The translations under genes and the position numbers were made by a program. 25,276 nt of DNA from Trypethelium eluteriae (taxonomy: Eukaryota). A model generated the notes under the pieces. The model did no database searches and was not told where the DNA came from. It was given only the letters and a program-made list of their open reading frames with translations. Below, piece after piece: positions 1 to 10,446 of the stretch (position 1 is its first letter; each line of letters starts with the position of its first letter). The stretch is from NCBI GenBank assembly GCA_051942245.1, contig JAVECL010000031.1, positions 62,001 to 87,276 on the forward strand, given 5' to 3'.

Positions 1-3000
1 CCGCATCGGAACAAGTCTGCAGGAGGTCCTGATCCTTTTCGGCAAGCCGTTATTGATACGATCGTTGGAGAGGTCCAGAATTCTCCCGGAGAAGACCTTT
101 GTGTAATCATGTGCGGCTATAAAGAGCCAATGGAGCGTATGCTTGAAAAAGCCAATCCGGGCCTAGCTCGCCGCTTTCCCCTGGCTGACGCTTTCATGTT
201 CCAAGAGTACAGTCTCGAGCAGCTGGCACAGGTGCTTGACCTCAAATTACAAGCGGAGGGCTTGAAGATGACGGACGACGCAAAATCCGTCGCTCTGGAC
301 ACGCTCAAGCTTGCCAAACAGCAAGCGAATTTTGGCAATGGTGGAGAAGTCATGAACCTTCTCGGTCGCGCGATGGCACGCTACCGGACTCGTTTCGGCG
401 AGATGACCCCTGAGGAGAGGACAGGAATAGTCTGTTTCCAGCCAGTAGACATCGATCCAAAACAGCAGCACAATCCCGACATAGAGAAAGCCATCGAGGA
501 ATGGTTCAAGGAGCTGAATGAGGTCACGGATTCCAAGACCCGCTTCCAATCGCTTGCGCGCCGTGCCGCTGCTATTCGAAAGACTGGCCGAGATCCGGCA
601 TCATCAATGCCATTTCATTTCATGATTAAAGAGACCCAGGGCGCTGATCCAGTGAAGATAGCCAAGAAGATCGCTTGGCTCTACCTTTCGCTCAATTTGC
701 TTTTTACCAACGATGTTGTGGAAGTATCGGCGCAGGATATGATTGCCAGTCATCTCAGCAGATCTGTAGGAGTCGGAAGCAGTGACTTCTTCGGTGTAGA
801 GAGAGAGATGGCATCGTTGAGTCCGTCCGAGATCATCGCAGCGTCTCTCGGAAAGGTTCTGCTCATTCACAACGCCCACTATCTCGCCCAGTCCGGGGAT
901 GATCAGGCCAGCATCTTCGCCAGGAATTTCAGAGCCGAACTTATCGATTCAGCAACCAAGCCTCAATTCGCTTGTAAGGTAGTCATTGTACTTGCAGGGG
1001 ATGAAAGAACGATGGATCGCATGCTCCAAGCAAGTCCTGGGCTTGCGAGCCGGTTTCGAACTCACCTGCGAGTTCAAGGCCTCTCAAGTGAAGCTCATAT
1101 TTCGATGCTCAAGAGCCGCTTAGAAAAGGAAGGCATATCTGTCGCATTGGCAGAAGATGACGAATCGAATATCAAGATCGCGTTCCAAGTGTTGTCCAGG
1201 TCCAAGGAATGGAAAAGCAGCGAGGAAGTACGACTCATTGCTGAGGAACTTGTTGGTGATGCCATAGAAACTAGTGCAGAAACCGATGCACCCTCCCTTG
1301 ACGGATCCGAGATACTCAAATGCCTAAAAAGAAGATTCCCCGGTCAACTACGAAATCCTCCTCCGCGCAAACAGCCACCGGAAGCAACGGCGCCTCTTCC
1401 TAGCCGTATCGAAGACAGTGAACGGCTATTCCGAACACAGACTGTCACTCCAGCGCAAACTTGCGGCAGCATGAAACTAAAGAAATCCATACCTGACAAA
1501 TTTCAGTACCCTAAGTTGCCGGAAGGCCGCTACATACGCATCCTCAGTCTACTGCCGCCTGAGACCCAGGGTCACAGTGAGGATCCTGATAATCCCAAAA
1601 ACCCTAATGTTACCAAAAGCGTTACCAGCTATGAGAAACGCGACGATGTGATCAAGTGTGGCCTTGAGGAACTCCGACTGGGAAACCTGCCTGATCAGCG
1701 ACGGCCCTTCGATGCGATCTCCTACACTTGGGGAACAGAAGACAAGACAGAAATGATCGAATGCAACGGCAAGGCAATCTGGGTTACACCGAACTGCGCG
1801 GGCGCATTGCGCGCCTTGCGTCAACCAGGACGGCCGCGTAAGCTGTGGATTGACGCGATTTGTATTAACCAGGACTCGGACACGGAGCGAGACTCCCAGG
1901 TCTCCCAAATGGGAGACATATATAGGGCCGCGATGCAGGTTTACATCTACCTTGGTGCAGCCTCTCCTGAAACTAATGCAGCGCTGGTTTCCCTGCAAAA
2001 GCTTTCCTGCCTTCGAGGCAGTTGGGGTGACGAACGTGACGTTCGTCAGATCATTCGGTGGAAGCTATTAAAAAAATACCGGGGTAAGTCCCTTCCAGTA
2101 AGAACGTATCCTTGTGTCAAGACTAAGTTTTGGTAGGCGATCTCGAAGCAGTATTCGCCCTAGAGAAAGTCATGAAGCACGAATGGTGGGGAAGAATCTG
2201 GACGTTCCAAGAATTCATACTGGCAGCCCGGCCGGTAATCGTGATTAGCGAGGTGCAATTTCTATGGGATGATTTTTACAGCTTGATGACGGAACGGTTC
2301 CCTGAAACACATCAATCGAAAGGACTACAGGTTCAAAAACGACTGGTATCACACAAGAATGCAGCGGGCCATATGATCATCAAAGATCTCCTCAAAGATC
2401 GGCTCAATGAAGCGGATCAAGTGTACACCTCTGTGCATATGTTTCCCTCATGGTTGGAGATTCTAGACGCGGTCCTGTGTCGTCGGGCTTTCCAAGAAAG
2501 ACTCCGGAACTTGCCTCGCCTCATCTTCATGAGCCATTTCCTACTCAAAGCTCGCAATCGCAACGCAAAGGACCCGAAAGACAAGCTATATGGATTGCAT
2601 GGTCTTTTCAAGGCTTGCGGGTATGATCTACCAGAACCCGATTACTCGAAATCACCACCAGAAATCTATAAGGATATTACATACTTCGTGGTACGGCAGT
2701 CAAAATCATGGTGGATTTTATCGCATCTCTTCAACAAACGCGAAACGTCGACTCTTGACTTGTCATCCTGGGTACCCGATTTCAACACACCCGCTATATG
2801 GCACCAGCGTGCTACCATGCGGTTTTACAACCTCAACGCCCTAGAAGAACGCCTAAAAGGTCAAGAAAAAAAGGCAGTCCGGAAAATTGACGAGTACTTC
2901 CAGCTCGATAGACTTCCGGACGATAGTGTACTCACAATGGCGGTTTTCCTATGGACAGTGACAGAGTCTACCTCCGAAATGCCTTCGAATTCAGTCTTAG

Positions 3001-3785
3001 ACGCTTCCTTTGACCAACGGTTCGAGCAGACAGAATTTGAAGTTCTTGATGAACCTATCGGTGACTTCTTGTTCACACTAGCCAGATGGCTAAAATCGAT
3101 GGAAGACTTCGAGAACAGTCAGGTCGCTAGAGGCATAGCAGATGATTCCATGGAAATAGAAGATACTGGTACAAGAAATCCCCAATCGCGAATAGTCAAA
3201 GCGATTGCTGGCGCCTTTTTCCGGTCATTGCTTAAGCTTGATCCTGGAGCCGAAGCCGAAAAGATGAATAAGGAGATTCAAAGTACTCTTCTGCGGATAC
3301 TCAGCAGTGTCAGAGCTTGCATATCCCCGGATGAGAAGCACAGATGTCGCGCATGTCAGACACCCATTCCTCACAATGGCGACGAAGCGGTAGATCACCT
3401 CAGGCAAAGTGTCCACAGGCAGGACGCGCCTGCTCTCGATTACATGATCCACCTTCTATACGTTTGCGCCGTCGATCATGCTCTATTTCGTACTAGTGCT
3501 ACAGGTCGCTGTCCTGGGCATTTTGGATTCTGCAGGAATCTACCTCGAGCCGGGGATAACATTATACTTTTACCCGGCCTAGCCGATCCCGTGATTGTTC
3601 GACGACATGTGGATCCCGAGGAAAACGTCCCATATTATCGGGTCGTCGGCGTGACTACAGGCATGATAGGACCACCGGTTTTCTACGATCCTAATATGAA
3701 GGACGAAGAGGGATTATGTTTCGGCACATGTCCTGAGCTGGGAAGTGAAGAATCACATGAGGTGCAGAGTTTGTGCTTGAGGTAA
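1..3785 (+). CDS. 5'-partial CbbX/SpoVK-like multi-AAA+ ATPase fused to a C-terminal HET domain; exons <1..2083 and 2137..3785 (1243 aa visible)
   Basis: Frame 1 is open from base 1 (PHRNKSAGGPDPFRQAVIDTIVGEVQNSPGEDLCVIMCGY..NPGLARRFP, later NFGNGGEVMNLL), typical of the AAA modules of fungal CbbX/SpoVK-like tandem-AAA proteins. A degenerate AAA module follows (~560-1330). HET motifs start ~1500: IRILSLLP, FDAISYTWG, LWIDAICINQ, ERDSQVSQMGDIY and, after the intron, WWGRIWTFQE, then the HET-6-like tail AKDPKDKLYGL, PDYSKS, LSSWVPDF. The intron joins ORFs 109..2136 and 2130..3785 in frame. Confidence 0.88.
2084..2136 (+). other. Spliceosomal intron (53 nt, phase 1) inside the HET domain
   Basis: Donor GTAAGT at 2084, branch-like GACTAAG at 2121-2127, acceptor TAG at 2134-2136; splicing gives ..KKYR-G-DLEAVF.. 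and reunites the two halves of the HET domain. Confidence 0.88.
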
Positions 3786-4439
3786 TTAGAGGCGCGGATG
3801 CGATGAAGCTTCTGATGTACTGGACAACACGCAATCACAATGCTTTGAGACATTCAGGCACGAGGTGGCTCATCTTGTGATGTCATGCCTGAGAAAGATC
3901 AACCACCATTACTAGTTGTTCTAACTTAGATGCGAATATGCTCTTGTAGGATAAATACTGATTTGCCCTTGTCTCCGTGCGACAGGACTTGGCGATATCA
4001 AGAAAAAACAAGAAATGTCACCAGTCCTTCTGGGTTAGTAGATCAATATTGGGCAGCTCTCTCTACTTCATTCAAGCGCAGTACCTTAGTTTGCGAGCTG
4101 CTAGGCTTTCGTTTTATAATCACAATGCTCACGAGTGGAAGTCATTTGAGATTTTGTGTTGAAGCTAGGCTTCTCCCTACGGTGTTCATGGCTTGGAGTA
4201 TACAAAAGTGCGTGGGTTGGCCATGAAACATCGCGCTTGGGTTTAGCTGGGAGACTGCGGAAAATAGAGTATAGCCACCGCCCTGAAACGCATCCGGCAC
4301 TTGCACATTCCCCCCACGCGGAGAGCAGCAACCCGCCCAGACTTAACAGCTGCACAGACTGCAGCCCGCTCTTTCCCGCCAGACGCTGCTATTGCTCAAG
4401 CAGCGCGCCAGCCCTCGCGTTCAGAGTCGTGGCATCGGG

Positions 4440-4790
4440 TGCCCCGGGGCGAAGTTACCGCAGTCAGACTCGCCCCATTGGATTCAGCCGCTGGGCTTCA
4501 GGAGCTCGGGAAGCTTGGCGGCGAGTGGGATGGGCTCGCCGCTCTTAACAACGACGCAGATGGTGTGAACGTGGACGAAGTCGAAGCGGATGAGGAGGGT
4601 CTCGGAGAGTTGGGCGCAGACGTCACATTGTTGGAGGGCGACGTTCGGGGGGAGGTGGGCCAGGTGGGTAAAGTTGGCGAAGACTTCTCAGAGCTGTGAA
4701 AGGACTAGACTGCTGGGTGATGGTGGGTTAGATTCAGGAGCTAGCATCTATGGATTGAGAGGCGAGCGTGGGGTGCAGTGAGCGGTTGCG
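4440..4790 (-). pseudogene. Degraded class I SAM-dependent methyltransferase fragment
   Basis: Minus-strand frame reads ANFTHLAHLPPNVALQQCDVCAQLSETLLIRFDFVHVHTICVVVKSGEPIPLAAKLPELLKPSG*IQWGESD, resembling the fungal methyltransferase pattern LPxNV..FDxVH..LLKPGGxxQW.E.D, with an in-frame TGA at 4484-4486. No intact SAM-binding GxGxG motif is recoverable upstream. Boundaries approximate. Confidence 0.6.
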
Positions 4791-5032
4791 GATTGGTGTC
4801 ATGAGTCTTGCGTATTTCCCTGTAACAGTGACGAGGTTGTACTAAATGGGGTGCCCTACAATAAGCAGGAAAGAGGGGAGAAAGAACACTAAGAAAAACG
4901 AGCAAACACATAATTTCCAATGCCAGCTAGAAAATGTACGCATTGCCAGCACTAGCAGCGGCGATGACACCGAGAAAGATGAGAAAAGTACGAGTGCTTT
5001 GGGGAGGAAAAGGAAGATTAGATGGTCGCTAC

Positions 5033-6166
5033 TCAATCACTCGTTGAATGAGATGGTATATACAAGACAGATTCGACTTTTTGGGCGTCGAATCGCTTCT
5101 CTAGCAGCCACCCAAACCCTTCAGCAAGATCTTGCATGAAAAGCTCAGAAGTTTTGTAGCCTGGAAACGCGGTCCAAAACCCGTGAGGCATACCGGGATA
5201 CACGTCAATCCGTGTTTGCACACCTGCATCTCTCAGCGCCTGATAGAGGACGAGTCCGTCGTCCCTCAGGGGGTCTCCACCGCAGACCTGCAGGTATGTA
5301 CGAGACAAGCCAACGAATGCTTCCTTGCCATTGAAGGGAGAGTACCACAGCGATGACTTATCAGCAGCATAGTACCCATCTAGCAAATCTTGCTCTGCCG
5401 TGCTGAGACACGGAGCATTCGCATTCTGCTTCCTCGAGAACCACCTGTCTGCATACTTTTTCGGCGGCTCTAGTAAAGGCACAACACTCCAACATCCCGT
5501 GAGGGGAGGATTAAGTGCATTGTCTTTGGCTTGCTGGTTTAGTACAGCAGCTAGATTGCCGCCTGCTGACACCCCTCCAACGACAAATCCGGCACCGGGG
5601 TCGGCTCCTAGCGACTGTGCATTTGCTGCTGCCCATTGCAGCGCGTCCCAGGCATCTTTAGGTCCATACGGATGAAGGTGCTCCGGTGCAAGTCGGTATG
5701 TTGCGCTTAGAACTACGGCATTGAAAAGATGGGCTAGACCCCGCGCGTAAGGGATCATGTGGTCTGCTGTACCTAATGTGAAGCCGCCTCCATGGAATAA
5801 AACCACTAAAGGTCGCGGAGAACCGTCACTATTCTCTCTGTTTCGCTGGACAACCCATGCGGAGGTCTCGTGTTCATCTCTGAGGGGTATCGTCTGTCTA
5901 TTCTGTTCGAGATCTGGCTCTGCCGGGCCAAGTGCTCTTAGCTTAGCATCGTCGTAGCTTTTCATGGCGTTGCGAATCATCCCAACGTCTCGAAAGTCCC
6001 ATCGTGGTGCTTGAGAAGCTTGAACCAACTACGGTCAACATTAGAAGGAGTATTTAGATTTCGGAGTATGACCTGGCACTACCTCTTCGAACTCGGGCAC
6101 TGTATTGCTCAAGCTCTCGATGTTCCGCTTGGTTTGCAACAGCGGGTCGCGGAGTCTGTGCTCCAT
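5033..6166 (-). CDS. Alpha/beta hydrolase fold-3 (HSL-family lipase/esterase); exons 6166..6083 and 6028..5033, 359 aa
   Basis: HGGGF oxyanion motif, YRLAPEH, nucleophile GVSAGG, DPLRDDG (Asp) and GMPHGF (His). Intron 6029-6082 (GTAGTG..CTAAT..TAG) adds the N-terminal exon MEHRLRDPLLQTKRNIESLSNTVPEFEE in frame. Confidence 0.9.
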
Positions 6167-6749
6167 TGTTACGGAGATCAGTCCGGCTTGTCAGACCGGA
6201 CCAAGCGGAAAGACAAGGCAGTAATGTGGCATCTATCCAACGAAGACACCTGCCCGAGAGGGTGGCATGACGGCCTTCGATGACTGCTTCCTTGTGGATC
6301 AATAATGACCTGGGACCGCGGAGAGGTAATGAATATGGTACTCCGTACCTACGTTGAGTTTCGCTTAAGCTTCGAGGACAGCATAGATGCATAATGACTT
6401 GTAACGTGGGGGAATAGAGGGGGCGGCACAGAGGCACAGGGGGTAGTGCGGCATCGAGTCTTTATTCTTACGCCATCCCCTTGCCGCTCCGCTTCCGTGT
6501 CGGGTACCACTGACAACCGAATAGGATATAGACTGGGGGTGAGAGTTACCAGAGGCTGGTCCTGATACCCGGAATTTTTCTTTGCGTACGAAAATTGATG
6601 TTCAATCATTGTTTAGCCCGTCGGTAAGCTGATCAAGATTGAGGGAGCTCGCTTTTGAAATGCATCTGTCAGCGAACATCAGGGCGCCGGTTATCCCCTA
6701 AAGACAGAATGAGCGTCAAATGCAGGTCCATTGTCCTTGCTATAGATCT

Positions 6750-7330
6750 CAACGATATCGAGTCCGGGACTGCACCACAGTGCTCACCAACGTAGATAGA
6801 GACTTATCGCATGCCATCCGCTAACCTAAGCAGTCTCGAGGTCCGATGCTGACGGTGCAGAATGCAGAACGCGATATCCTGTGCATCGCGTCGTTTGGTC
6901 ATCAGGATCATCAGGATCATCCGCATTCATCCACTACCCGAGGGTGAACTTGTAAGGTCGCTAGTATACTCCTTCTGCATGCTGAAGGGCACAGTGTAAC
7001 ATCCATACTTTAGGACATACAGGGAAGGAGTGCTCACCAATCTTTCACTCCCCACGCAGCACCTCCCGTAGCATGGGGCCACCAACCAGAGGACTTGCAC
7101 GCAAGCTCTCCTCCATGCAGGAGTGTAAGAAGGTGCATCTAGTAAGCTCTTTGCTGGCAGCGGTCTCATCCAGACGCTGGAATGCCTCATCGATGTAAGC
7201 CGCAAGGGCTAATGAAGCAGGTAGATGATCAAGCGGATGGAAGACGGCACTCGCTGAGACGCTAGCTATCGCGTGCAATCCTAGAGAAAGTATCAGCAAT
7301 CCGTTCGCGCCCGTTTGTCTCCACTGCAAC
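6750..7330 (-). pseudogene. Possible heavily degraded secreted histidine acid phosphatase remnant
   Basis: Signal-peptide-like LLILSLGLHAIASVSASA followed by FHPLDHL, YIDEAFQRL..FLHS and, further down, DAQDIAFCILHRQ loosely follow the order of motifs I recall for fungal histidine acid phosphatases. The catalytic RHxxR-type motif is absent and the frames are broken. Confidence 0.25.
6900..6921. repeat. Short tandem repeat, 9-bp unit CATCAGGAT x2.4
   Basis: catcaggatcatcaggatcatc read directly. Confidence 0.7.
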
Positions 7331-7533
7331 ACTTGCACTCACCAGCAATGAATCCCAACTAGCCTCACCAATAAGCTTGTCGGTCGGAGACTTTCATCAA
7401 CGACTGTCTGATTTCTCACCGTTTCGTCTTGCAAGAACGAAAAGCATTGGGTGATTCGGCCTAGAGCCCACAATATATTGCGCCTTATGACCCACATTCT
7501 CGACGCCGCTGATTCCGGTTTGATAGCTTTCCT

Positions 7534-8148
7534 TTACAGCTTGCTCTGCACATTCACATACAGACTCTCCGCACTCGCTAGTACCGCCCCCTTCCCGTCC
7601 CGTATCTCTGCCATCACCCAGTGCTTGCGACCTTGAATCTTGGACTTCCATGCGCAAACCTGTACCGCGCTGGGCAGAGAGACCGGTCGCAGATAGTGCA
7701 CATTGCAATAGACCGTGTACGGCCGTGGCGTAGCTGAGTCCGCAATCATAAGCGAACCAGTCTGCTGGTCTAGCAGCGTAGCAACCAGCCCACCATGCGA
7801 GATGCCAGCATGCCCGCTCGCGCCATTCCCAAGAATATATAACGTCTGAAGCTCCCCAGGCGGTAATGGATCGAGGACGTAAGGAGCGGAAGCCGCCGAG
7901 CCGGACGTTTGAGCTGGGGGTTGCCGTAACTTGTAGAAAGATTGAACACCCAGTAAAGCATCGTGGTCGCGCAGCGTAGAAGACATAAATTTCGAGTCCA
8001 CGTCCGTGGAAGTATGCTGATGCACAGTTTGCACTGGTATAAGACTAGTGTCGTTGAGTAGGCGAGTGCACCAGTCGTAGCTGGAGAACTGTGCCCGCGT
8101 TGAAGCTGATATCTCCTCCCGGACGAGACTTGTGGAAAAGGTGGACAT
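7534..8148 (-). CDS. HotDog-fold (PaaI/THEM4-like) acyl-CoA thioesterase with peroxisomal PTS1, 204 aa
   Basis: GHAGISHGGLVATLLDQ signature, YTVYCNVHYLRPV and GRKHWV strands; C-terminus QSKL; single exon. Confidence 0.88.
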   Translation of the reverse strand: MSTFSTSLVREEISASTRAQFSSYDWCTRLLNDTSLIPVQTVHQHTSTDVDSKFMSSTLRDHDALLGVQSFYKLRQPPAQTSGSAASAPYVLDPLPPGELQTLYILGNGASGHAGISHGGLVATLLDQQTGSLMIADSATPRPYTVYCNVHYLRPVSLPSAVQVCAWKSKIQGRKHWVMAEIRDGKGAVLASAESLYVNVQSKL

Positions 8149-8276
8149 CGTTCAATAGGGTAGGAACCTACTAGTCACACATGAATGGTCCATCAATGCT
8201 GTGGAAAATATTGACAATGAGCACGTTCCACTACATACTACCATGTAAACGTCCAGTTGAAAGGGTGGATGCTAAT

Positions 8277-8328
8277 CTTATAAGTTCCATCTGTTCCTGA
8301 GAGCAATCCCGAGGAAACATGACGTCAT
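8277..8328 (-). promoter_or_regulatory. Putative thioesterase promoter: TATA-like CTTATAAG (8277-8284), CCTCGG FarA-type core (8309-8314), palindromic CRE/ATF site ATGACGTCAT (8319-8328)
   Basis: Three recognisable motifs clustered 130-180 bp upstream of the ATG at 8148; motifs seen directly, function inferred. Confidence 0.45.
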
Positions 8329-8757
8329 CTGCCCAGCCACAGTTACGTATTATTTGTCTACCAAGCTGTGGATTTTACCAACGTCCTTATTTATCGAACC
8401 GAGTGGAGGTTAAAACACTTCCTCACAACTTGTGTTCTGAAAGGCCTAGGTAATGTTGTATGGGTTCTGTACTTCTTACCTTGTATCAGCCTTTGAACCC
8501 TCCTTCCAACGATGCAGCGTTATTCGACAATTTCCTTGCACCATTACTCCCGGCGTACTAGGGTGCAACTGGTGTCTTTACTTGAAAAGTAGGATTGTGT
8601 CACTGACCGGGCAACATTACCATACGATGATCAACGTGGTCAATGTCACGATCCGAGGGTGCTCTAAGGCAAGAACTTTGAAGGCAAATAATAAAGGGCC
8701 GAGTAGGAGCAGTGAAATAGATTGTGATAATTTATAAGAAGCTACACAGACTATACA

Positions 8758-10113
8758 TCATGGATATGATGCAGGGTCGATCCACCCAATATTTCCAAAT
8801 TTCCCCGAGAATGGGTACTCAAATACTTTTTCTGGCGTAGAGTATGGCTCATATTGCTGGGAGGTGAGCAATCTTGTAATGTTTGCTTGTACTCGCCCAG
8901 TGAGATTGAATCCTGGCCCGTAGTCCTGATACTCGGCCATAGAGGTCTAAGACGCAGGATTATTAGCATCAACAGGTGCGACGTATTCAATTTCCGATAC
9001 TTACGTTGTAATTGAGACGCGGGTCCGTGGATTGCCATTCGATATATCCAGATGGCTCAATGCTGTCATCAAGATAGCAATTGGCGAAGATCGACCGCAT
9101 CTGTGCGTTCTGATTCCTCATTAGCCCTATCGATCTCATCAAACTCCCCATGCAATTCCTATTCCACTTACCCAAGGTCTTCCCAACGCACACTGTTGCG
9201 CAATGCTCAAACTCGAATTTGCTTTTCTCACCACGCTATCATGCAGATAAACCCCATACTTGTTCACAAAGGTCGTATTCGTGCCCTTCCACGCAGTGAT
9301 TCCACCTCCACATCCCCTCAGTAGCACACTGATACCCTGCGCCCACAATGTACCGAATCCATAGAAGAAGTCTGTCTGCCCAGCCACTGTCCCTCCCTTC
9401 ATGTACACGCTTGCCAGCTTTCCAACATATACCGTGTCCTGATACGAGAAGAACCCAACGCCATAGAAGCCCGCATTAGCGTATGAGATGCTCAAGGCAA
9501 GGGAGGGACCTGCGCTGTAGGGAAGGTATGCGTTCACAAAATCGATATTGTAGGCGCGGAAGTCGGTATTACCGAAGGGCGTGCCCGCAGGTACAGTATT
9601 TCCATCAGGGCCGGCACCCGTGAGAGAAGAGTTGAGGGTTGGGGCGATGGTGAGGGTAGAGGTAAAGGCGTTGTCGAGTGTTCCGGTAGTTGCGGTGCCA
9701 GTGGCTTGGTGCCAGATTACAACCACTCTGTTCTTCGTGCCGGGATTGTCGCCCGCTTGATTGTTGCTGCCATTAGAGCTGTACGGAGAGGGGGTCTGTC
9801 CCAGAAGATACACGGGCCCAGGGCGCGTAATGTTGAGTTGTTCGGTGTAGTTGCCGGGGAGGACGAGGATGGTGTACGGAGTGGTATTATTGGGGATGGA
9901 AAGAATGGCAGACTGTATAGTAGAGAAATGCGCATTCGATGTGGGACCGACGAGGACAGTATTCTCGGGACAACCGGCGAGTGGGTCGGTACTGGGAAGC
10001 TGGCAGGCTGTACGATTAAAGGTTGAGCCGTATGAGGGAAGCTCAGAGGTAGGGAGTGAAGATGTGAGTGCCAAGAATGGAAGAAGACCAAGAATCGTAC
10101 TCCCGGGATACAT
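8758..10113 (-). CDS. Secreted pectin methylesterase (carbohydrate esterase family 8); exons 10113..9172, 9109..9005, 8946..8758, 411 aa
   Basis: Signal peptide MYPGSTILGLLPFLALTSS; CE8 motifs FSTIQSAI, PGNYTEQL, SYQDTVY, QTDFFYG, LGRPW. Introns 9110-9171 and 8947-9004 (both GTAAGT..GCTAAT..AG, phase 0) give GRPW|NAQMRSIFANCYLD..NYN|TSMAEYQDYGPG..WID. Confidence 0.92.
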
Positions 10114-10175
10114 CTTGGCGGACAAGGTAAAAAGTGGATAGGGATGGGAATTCCATACTGGGCAAACTCAATTGC

Positions 10176-10446
10176 TATATACGAAAATCTAAGAATCGGG
10201 ATTTTGACGGAAAATTGCAGATTTGCGAAGAGACTACTCGCGTGGCAACCTCTCTAGTGCAAAGAGTTCCTGGTAGGAGCTGCATGTCCCTGAGGAACTA
10301 CTCTTTAGCGAAAAGATCTTCGGAGAGGGTTTGGGTGGTTTGGACTGCCGTCAGTCTAAGTCTGGGGAAGTTGTGGAGAGAATGAGGATGAATGAGCAGG
10401 GACCGAGGCCGATACCCGGCCAGGATATGTGAAAAGATCCACCAAT
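10176..10446 (-). promoter_or_regulatory. Putative pectinase promoter: TATATA (10176-10181), two CreA-type SYGGRG sites (10362-10367, 10373-10378), galacturonic-acid-responsive element TCCACCAAT (10438-10446)
   Basis: Motifs read directly upstream of the CE8 ATG at 10113; they match the known GaaR element (T)CCNCCAA(T) and the CreA consensus. Confidence 0.5.

Noticed and set aside
4301..4699. 132-aa + strand ORF rich in D/E/V/G
   Set aside because: Antisense shadow of the minus-strand methyltransferase-like pseudogene; starts at TTG and has no motifs.
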